This document shows, in pieces, positions 9,509 through 15,120 of a DNA stretch of 16,316 bases. Both the position numbers and the translations under genes were made by a program. The number at the start of each line of letters is the position of its first letter. The stretch's first letter is position 1. The stretch comes from Promethearchaeia archaeon. Lineage in GTDB: Archaea; Asgardarchaeota; Lokiarchaeia; Sigyniarchaeales; SOKP01. The stretch covers positions 1 to 16,316 of the forward strand of contig JAWOFX010000086.1 in NCBI GenBank assembly GCA_046497275.1, given 5' to 3'. Below the pieces are notes generated by a model. The model did not search any database and had not been told where the DNA came from. It saw only the letters and a list, made by a program, of their open reading frames with translations.

Positions 9509-9523
9509 TTTATTCAAATTTTT

Positions 9524-9542
9524 GGAAATTTTATATATATTT
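9524..9542. promoter_or_regulatory. TA-repeat TATA element between the divergent GH3 and URO-D-like genes
   Basis: GGAAATTTTATATATATTT reads as a TATA box on both strands. On the minus strand TATATAAA starts 29 nt before the GH3 ATG, which is leaderless spacing. Confidence 0.5.
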
Positions 9543-9605
9543 GTGATGTAGAATCTAATAATCTTTATTTTATTATTGGAATTAATAACTAATAGTGAAT
9601 TATTA

Positions 9606-10766
9606 TTGAATTCAAGAGAACGAGTAAATAAAGCGCTCAGTCATGAGGAACCGGACAAAATTCCCTTAGATTTAGGAGGAAATCAATCGAGTATTCATAT
9701 AAAAGCCTATAAAAAACTTCTAAAATATCTTGATATTAATGATGATCACATAAAATATGCCGATTTTATTCAACAAATCGCACTTCCAAGCGAAGAATTA
9801 TTGGAACATTTCAATATTGATGTGAAATATGTCCGTCCTTTAGGTGGAATGGTAAAGGTTGAGGAGATGGAACCCCAATATGAAGGAAAATATGTAGGTG
9901 TATATGATCAATTTGGCGTATTTTGGGGAAATGATGCTGAGAAGAATATTGAAGATATCTTATATTATGATCCTGTAATCCATCCCTTAGCCGACTGTAA
10001 ATCTGTTCAAGATATTGATAATTATGAGTGGCCCGATGGGAATGATAAAAGTCCATTTCAAGGATTACGCGAATATGCTAAAAACTTATATGAAAATACA
10101 GAATATGCGATTTCAACTTCCCCGACAGGTTGTATTTATGAGTATACCACTTTTTTATTTGGATTTACTAAAGTGCTTCGATATTTGAGAACAAAACCCG
10201 AACTTTTAATAAGTGCGATGGAACATTTGCTTGAATATTGGAAGAACTACAATGTGACCTTTTTGGAGGAAGTAGGTGAATTTTTAGACGTGATATGCGT
10301 AAATGGAGACTTAGCGGAACAAGCTGGACCTATAATGAATTTAAAATTATACAAACAACTGATAAAACCTATAGAACGGGAACTCTCTGAAAAGATCCAT
10401 AGTCTTGCAGATATAAAGATTAACTATCATTCTTGTGGAGCAGTTTCACAATTCATCCCCCATTTCGCAGACATCGGATACGATGCCTATAATCCCGTTC
10501 AAATATCAGCGTACGATATGGAACCGTGTAGTTTAAAAAAGAGATTTGGAGATATCATTACTTTTTGGGGAGGATTATGCGATACTCAAAATACTTTACC
10601 CTTTGGAACTCCTGAGCAAATAAGGAATGAAGTCAAATATAATTTTTCCTGTTTCAAAAAAGAGAGTGGATATGTGGCAGCAAATGTTCATAATATCACA
10701 GCAGAAGTTCCACCAGAAAATATCGTAGCGATGTTTGATGCTGCGAATGAATATAGAAATTATTAA
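9606..10766 (+). CDS. Uroporphyrinogen decarboxylase-family (URO-D/MtaA/CmuA-like) protein
   Basis: NSRERV..AL.HEEPD..P N-terminus, YHSCG metal motif, D..NPVQ, LKK.FG..ITFWGG, GTPEQIRNEV and HNI..EVPPENI.AM C-terminus. No in-frame ATG at the 5' end. TTG 9606 (giving MNSRERV, preceded by GTGA) is favoured; TTG 9576 is the alternative. Confidence 0.85.
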   Translation: MNSRERVNKALSHEEPDKIPLDLGGNQSSIHIKAYKKLLKYLDINDDHIKYADFIQQIALPSEELLEHFNIDVKYVRPLGGMVKVEEMEPQYEGKYVGVYDQFGVFWGNDAEKNIEDILYYDPVIHPLADCKSVQDIDNYEWPDGNDKSPFQGLREYAKNLYENTEYAISTSPTGCIYEYTTFLFGFTKVLRYLRTKPELLISAMEHLLEYWKNYNVTFLEEVGEFLDVICVNGDLAEQAGPIMNLKLYKQLIKPIERELSEKIHSLADIKINYHSCGAVSQFIPHFADIGYDAYNPVQISAYDMEPCSLKKRFGDIITFWGGLCDTQNTLPFGTPEQIRNEVKYNFSCFKKESGYVAANVHNITAEVPPENIVAMFDAANEYRNY

Positions 10767-10953
10767 TATTACAGAATCTTTCAAGTTAAAAAGAGTTTAT
10801 ATACAAATCTGTCATATTTTTTTCTCAGAATAAAAATCTACTAGAAATCCACTATTATAAAATAAAAAATTGAAGTAATATAATTCCTCAAAAGAAAGGA
10901 TGAGATTAAATCATAAAATTGAATCTCTGAAGGACTATAAAAAATAATAAGAT

Positions 10954-10962
10954 AAAAAAAAA
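10954..10962 (-). terminator. Oligo-T terminator of the sulfur relay operon
   Basis: A9 on the plus strand (T9 on minus), about 11 nt after the dsrH stop. Confidence 0.5.
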
Positions 10963-10972
10963 GAATTAGAAA

Positions 10973-11272
10973 TTAGAAATTTACAATAGAGTCATTTCCA
11001 AAGATTAAATCAATCACATCTTCGGCTTTGACTAAATTAATTTCATCAGGGATGTATTTAGATAATCCTCTTAATTTGATATCCTCTTCACATGCTGCAA
11101 CTGTCTTTTTTTGGTTAATCGCTTGAGTAATTTCTCTGTTTGTTTTATTGGCGAAATACACTGCATTTTGAAGCAAAAGGATTGTCACGTCATCGTCTTC
11201 TGTATGTTCCATAGCAAACTGAACACCCGTGATGTCTTCACTTGTTATAAAATACAACACTTTTTTACCCAT
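10973..11272 (-). CDS. dsrH: DsrH/TusB-family sulfur relay protein
   Basis: Start moved to ATG 11272 (GGAGG SD; the ORF-track start at 11305 overlaps dsrF). LLLQNAVY and EDIKLRGL motifs, 99 aa, last gene of the E-F-H triad. Confidence 0.8.
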   Translation of the reverse strand: MGKKVLYFITSEDITGVQFAMEHTEDDDVTILLLQNAVYFANKTNREITQAINQKKTVAACEEDIKLRGLSKYIPDEINLVKAEDVIDLIFGNDSIVNF

Positions 11273-11285
11273 TTTTATCAGCCTC

Positions 11286-11630
11286 CTAGAATGGTATTGT
11301 AACATTTGAATTTTCGATCATATCTATGATATCACAATGTTCTCTTACTTCCACTTCATCTATTAAATCATCTTTAGTTAAACCACGTTCGTCAAGGGAC
11401 CGCTTATCAACAAATATATCCAAATCAATATCCTTTAAGAATCCTATGTGCATTGAATACATAGTTTTATCGCAGTCTTTAATAAATGCATATACAGCAT
11501 CATTGATGGCGATTGTTATAGGTTCAAAATCAGCACTCACAGCCACGGACATCCTCAACCCTTCTACGGGATAAAGTGTCCCATGAGGGGGTTGTCGTAA
11601 TAATATAACCACATTTTTTTCTTCTGACAT
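11286..11630 (-). CDS. dsrF: DsrF/TusC-family sulfur relay protein
   Basis: RQPPHG...EGLR, INDAVY and SLDERGL motifs. AAGGTGA SD. Lies between dsrE and dsrH. Confidence 0.85.
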   Translation of the reverse strand: MSEEKNVVILLRQPPHGTLYPVEGLRMSVAVSADFEPITIAINDAVYAFIKDCDKTMYSMHIGFLKDIDLDIFVDKRSLDERGLTKDDLIDEVEVREHCDIIDMIENSNVTIPF

Positions 11631-11641
11631 TTTTAATCACC

Positions 11642-12004
11642 TTAACAAATTGTTATTAATCGATCTGTTTCATCAATAATCTTAGCAAGATCTGGTGTTC
11701 CTGCTCTCTTTATATCACCGCACTCCCTATTAAGGCAGTTTTTCGTGGTACCTCTGACTAATAGACAAAGATTACACAATCTTACTGTAGCTCCTTTTTC
11801 TAATATCTCTTTAAATCCCTGTTCAATGTTAAAAATTCCTTCTACTTCTTTCTGATTTTCTAATACGGCATTTACAGCATCCATATAACAAAAGATTCTT
11901 ACCTCATGTCCTTTATCTAATGCTGCACTGGCTAATTTTACCACAGTTTCGGGGGCTTGAGCCTGATAAGGACCAGCAAAGAAAAGGATTCCTAGTCGCG
12001 CCAT
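11642..12004 (-). CDS. dsrE: DsrE/TusD-family sulfurtransferase
   Basis: GPY, ALDKGHEV..FCYMDAV and LC77NLC80LLVRG, the active-site Cys region equivalent to DsrE/TusD Cys78. GGAG SD. Confidence 0.88.
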   Translation of the reverse strand: MARLGILFFAGPYQAQAPETVVKLASAALDKGHEVRIFCYMDAVNAVLENQKEVEGIFNIEQGFKEILEKGATVRLCNLCLLVRGTTKNCLNRECGDIKRAGTPDLAKIIDETDRLITIC

Positions 12005-12027
12005 TTTAATATCATCTCCTTGTTAAT

Positions 12028-13059
12028 TTAATCTTCTCTCCACATAAACATAAAGTAAGCCGCAATCCAGCATCCAAATACTATACATGCTCCAGCTAAG
12101 ATACTATGTAAGGAGAGTTGTGGCACTCCACCTAAAATATTGGTTATATTACAACCCAATGCTGTTACTGCGCCGAATCCCATTAAGATTCCACCAACAA
12201 ATTGTTTTACTAATGTTAACCCTTCGTTCGGAATTCTTAATTTAAATTCTTTCGCGATTACAGCGCTTATCAAAGCACCGATTACGGCACCAATAATGAT
12301 GGCACCGGTCCAACCTAAAGTTCCTGTAGATGTCAACCAACCACTTATGTTCATCCACCCTCCAGTGATTCCAACAACACCGTTACTGACAATAAAGCCT
12401 ATAGTCAAGATGATACCGATTAAAATTCCAGCCAACCACCAAGGATGTCCCTTCTTAAAGGCTGATTCTACAAAATTCTCTGGTTTTATTAAGGGTTCTC
12501 CGGATTCTTTCTTTCTCTTTATTGCCGGCCATGACCAGAACACAAACATTATTACTATTGCGATGATACCGATAATTAACATAAATATTGGTGTTAAAGC
12601 GCTAAATTCACCAAAAACTGTCAATTGTGATCCAATAGTAATCGATTGTAATGCATTTTTTGTACTTGTAAAAATTCCCCCAGCAGTCATTAATGCTCCA
12701 CCGGTTAATCCTATTGCAGCTACAAAAGATCCCGTCATACCTTCTCCTACTCGATAAGTTGTTCCACTAGCACATCCAGCAGCTAAAACCATTCCTACTC
12801 CAAATATTAAACCACCTACAATAGCAGCGAATGGTTTAAATGGCTTTGGAGAAAGATCAATTACTCCACTTAAAGCAAAAATAGCAAACCCAACCATTAA
12901 CACAGCCAAAGAAACTAAAACAGCTTTTGCTAATTTATATTCCTTTAAAAGGATAATATCTCTAAAGGCGGAATTCATACAAAATCGTCCTCGTTGTAGT
13001 AAAAATCCAAACACAGCTCCGACTATAAGCCCACCTATTAATGCATACCAAAATTCCAT
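12028..13059 (-). CDS. yeeE: YeeE/YedE-family sulfur-compound (thiosulfate-type) transporter
   Basis: Three family Cys motifs: RGRFCMNSAFRD, LAAGCASGT and LGCNI. Also GGLIFGVGM and GGILMGFGA repeats, and about 9-10 TM segments. The GGAGG SD is embedded in the last codons of tusA. Confidence 0.92.
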   Translation of the reverse strand: MEFWYALIGGLIVGAVFGFLLQRGRFCMNSAFRDIILLKEYKLAKAVLVSLAVLMVGFAIFALSGVIDLSPKPFKPFAAIVGGLIFGVGMVLAAGCASGTTYRVGEGMTGSFVAAIGLTGGALMTAGGIFTSTKNALQSITIGSQLTVFGEFSALTPIFMLIIGIIAIVIMFVFWSWPAIKRKKESGEPLIKPENFVESAFKKGHPWWLAGILIGIILTIGFIVSNGVVGITGGWMNISGWLTSTGTLGWTGAIIIGAVIGALISAVIAKEFKLRIPNEGLTLVKQFVGGILMGFGAVTALGCNITNILGGVPQLSLHSILAGACIVFGCWIAAYFMFMWRED

Positions 13060-13063
13060 TTTT

Positions 13064-13303
13064 TTATGCGCCTCCTATTTTCACTAAAATTCGCCATTCT
13101 GAGGTTCCTTGTTTCTCTACTGAAAGCACTTCATGACCAAGAGATTCCATTGTCTCCGGAATTCTCTCCGCAGAAAGTGGATAATCAACCAGAATTTCAA
13201 GAACTTCTCCTGATTTCATTTTCTTTACTTTCCGTTTACTTTTTACATCTGGATAAGGGCATACTTCGCCCGAACAATCCAGTGTTTCCGTAATATCTAC
13301 CAT
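13064..13303 (-). CDS. tusA: TusA/SirA/YeeD-family sulfur carrier
   Basis: LDCSGEVCPYP (CPxP persulfide motif), GEVLEILVD, 79 aa. GAGGA SD. Directly upstream of yeeE with a 4-nt gap. Confidence 0.93.
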   Translation of the reverse strand: MVDITETLDCSGEVCPYPDVKSKRKVKKMKSGEVLEILVDYPLSAERIPETMESLGHEVLSVEKQGTSEWRILVKIGGA

Positions 13304-13407
13304 GTTCTTTTCCTCTAATTTTTTTTAGTTTTACTAAATATATTTCAATTTATTCCAAATAACTAATTCTTTTTCGAATAATTATTTGATATTAAGTTAA
13401 AAATCGC

Positions 13408-13426
13408 TTTTTATAAAAGTTTTTTG
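13408..13426 (-). promoter_or_regulatory. BRE/TATA promoter of the tusA-yeeE-dsrEFH operon
   Basis: The minus strand reads CAAAAAAC-TTTTATAAAAA, a close match to the archaeal BRE + TTTATAAA consensus. Predicted TSS is about 13387, giving a leader of roughly 80 nt. Confidence 0.6.
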
Positions 13427-13559
13427 ACCAATTCTTCATTTTCTTTATATAGGAATTCTGAATAATTATTTATAATTTCTAATTTACTAATTTTTTAATA
13501 TGTTGACTTCATAGAGTAATTTCTGGAAGCGATTGAAGGTTTAAACTCATATCTGCTTT

Positions 13560-13585
13560 AAGATGTGATATTTTTTCCACATCTT
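13560..13585. repeat. Perfect 8-bp inverted repeat (AAGATGTG-N10-CACATCTT)
   Basis: Seen directly in the divergent intergenic region, followed by TTT on the plus strand. Confidence 0.6.
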
Positions 13586-13716
13586 TTTGACTGAATCAAT
13601 CTGTTAATTCTTTAAAAATAATTTTTTATATATGTGGTAAGAACCTCAAAATCCAATTTTATCTCTATAGAATAACCTAATAATTAGAATTTTGAAATTT
13701 TTCTACCCCCTCCTTT

Positions 13717-13724
13717 TTTATAAA
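13717..13724 (+). promoter_or_regulatory. Possible TATA box for the radical SAM-DUF4130 operon
   Basis: TTTATAAA about 70 nt before ATG 13786. It lacks a purine-rich BRE on this strand. Confidence 0.3.
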
Positions 13725-13785
13725 TTTAGATACATCATTTCATCTAACTCAATTAAAAGCGATTTTTAGGATTCATTTCAAATCT

Positions 13786-15102
13786 ATGCCGTCCACCTTA
13801 GAAAAGATTAGAATTCTCGGAGAAAATTCAAAATATGATATATGTGCAAGCACATCATCCAGTCGTACTAAAAAATATCCTAAATTGTTTGGAGATACAA
13901 AAGATTGGGTGGGAGCGACAGCAAATGCGGGAATCTGTCATAGTTATACTCAAGATGGTAGATGCATGAGTCTTTTCAAAACTCTTTATACGAATAAATG
14001 CATTTATGATTGTAAATACTGTTTTTCTCAGAGTTGTAAGCATCGAACGAGTTTTACTCCCGAAGAATATGCGAGAACTTTTATGAAATTATATGCGATG
14101 AATGTGGTGGAAGGGGTATTTATCTCCTCTGGAGTGTGCGGAAATGCGGATGATACCACAGAAGAGATGCTGGAGTCGGTTCGTCTACTACGATTTAAAT
14201 ACAATTTCCAAGGGTATATTCATTTTAAATGTTTGCCGGGAGTCAGTCAATATCTTCTTAAAGAAGCGATCGCCCTCTCAGATCGTATTTCCATTAACTC
14301 CGAAGCTTCAAAACAGAGCTATCTTGCAGAAATCTCTTCACAAAAAGATTTCAAAAATGATATTCTTATAAGACAACGATGGATCAAACAAATTCGAATT
14401 GATCACAATAGGGAAGCGATGAAAGAACTGAAAGATATGAAAGAAGATAAAGAATTAGAATTTCAGGAAAAAAAGATTCAAGATCGGCGTGAGAATGGTT
14501 ATAAAAAATTTCGATGGGATGGCGCTCCAATTCTTAACAGTGGACAAACCACTCAATTCGTCGTGGGGGCTGTTGATCAAGAAAGTGATTGGGATTTGCT
14601 TAGAAGAATAGATTGGCAATATCAAAAGATGGATTTAAGAAGAGCATACTTCTCAAGTTTCATCCCAATCGAAGGCACACCATTAGGAAATCGGAATGCA
14701 ACCCCTTTAGAAAGAGAACATAGACTTTATCAAAGTGATTGGTTGCTAAGAATATACCATTATGATATGAATGATTTGGAAAATATTTTAACGGAAGATA
14801 ATAATCTTCCCAACGGAGATCCGAAAATTCACATAGCCCGACATTATTTTCAAGACCATAGTTTAATCGATCCAAATGAAGCCTCATATCGCGAATTGCT
14901 TCGAGTTCCAGGGATTGGTCCTATTTCAGCTAAAAGAATTATAAACTTACAAGCGAAAAAATTTAAAATCAAACGAAGAGAGCAATTGAAATCGATAGGA
15001 GTGGTTCTAAAACGAGCAGATCCATTTCTGAAGATAAATGGAACAAACCAGACTACCATTCACGATTTTTTTGATAATAAATCACAAAACCTATTGAATT
15101 AG
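13786..15102 (+). CDS. Putative DNA modification/repair radical SAM protein (TIGR03916-like) with C-terminal HhH and PIP box
   Basis: KYDIC, GICHSYTQDGRC and C72IYDC76KYC79 (CxxxCxxC, 13999-14022). Also GQTTQFVVGA, R.YFS.F.P, REHRLYQSDWLLRIY and the HhH motif NEASYRELLRVPGIGPISAKRII. Paired with a DUF4130 gene. Confidence 0.9.
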   Translation: MPSTLEKIRILGENSKYDICASTSSSRTKKYPKLFGDTKDWVGATANAGICHSYTQDGRCMSLFKTLYTNKCIYDCKYCFSQSCKHRTSFTPEEYARTFMKLYAMNVVEGVFISSGVCGNADDTTEEMLESVRLLRFKYNFQGYIHFKCLPGVSQYLLKEAIALSDRISINSEASKQSYLAEISSQKDFKNDILIRQRWIKQIRIDHNREAMKELKDMKEDKELEFQEKKIQDRRENGYKKFRWDGAPILNSGQTTQFVVGAVDQESDWDLLRRIDWQYQKMDLRRAYFSSFIPIEGTPLGNRNATPLEREHRLYQSDWLLRIYHYDMNDLENILTEDNNLPNGDPKIHIARHYFQDHSLIDPNEASYRELLRVPGIGPISAKRIINLQAKKFKIKRREQLKSIGVVLKRADPFLKINGTNQTTIHDFFDNKSQNLLN

Positions 15103-15120
15103 ATTTAAGAGAGTGATATA

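Noticed and set aside
7046-10766. Annotating the URO-D-family gene as hemE or the DsrEFH genes as evidence of dissimilatory sulfur oxidation
   Set aside because: There is no tetrapyrrole gene context, and no dsrAB or dsrC in the window. The motifs support family-level calls only.
10899-10933. ATGAGATT...AATCTCTGA hairpin resembling a eukaryote/Loki-type SECIS
   Set aside because: The pairing register does not fit the UGAN/NGAN core plus helix II, and no neighbouring gene has an in-frame TGA.
11273-11305. N-terminal extension of dsrH in the ORF track
   Set aside because: It overlaps the dsrF end, and the GGAGG SD points to ATG 11272.
12140-12757. 205-aa plus-strand ORF antisense to yeeE
   Set aside because: Fully nested opposite a well-supported gene. 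Its Pro/Ile/Thr/Asn-rich composition is the expected mirror of Gly/Ile-rich membrane-protein codons.
13490-13650. Protein-like minus-strand reading (FSQKDVEKISHLKADMSLNLQSLPEITL) in the intergenic region
   Set aside because: Bounded by stops within about 30 codons, with no SD-supported start or homology cue.
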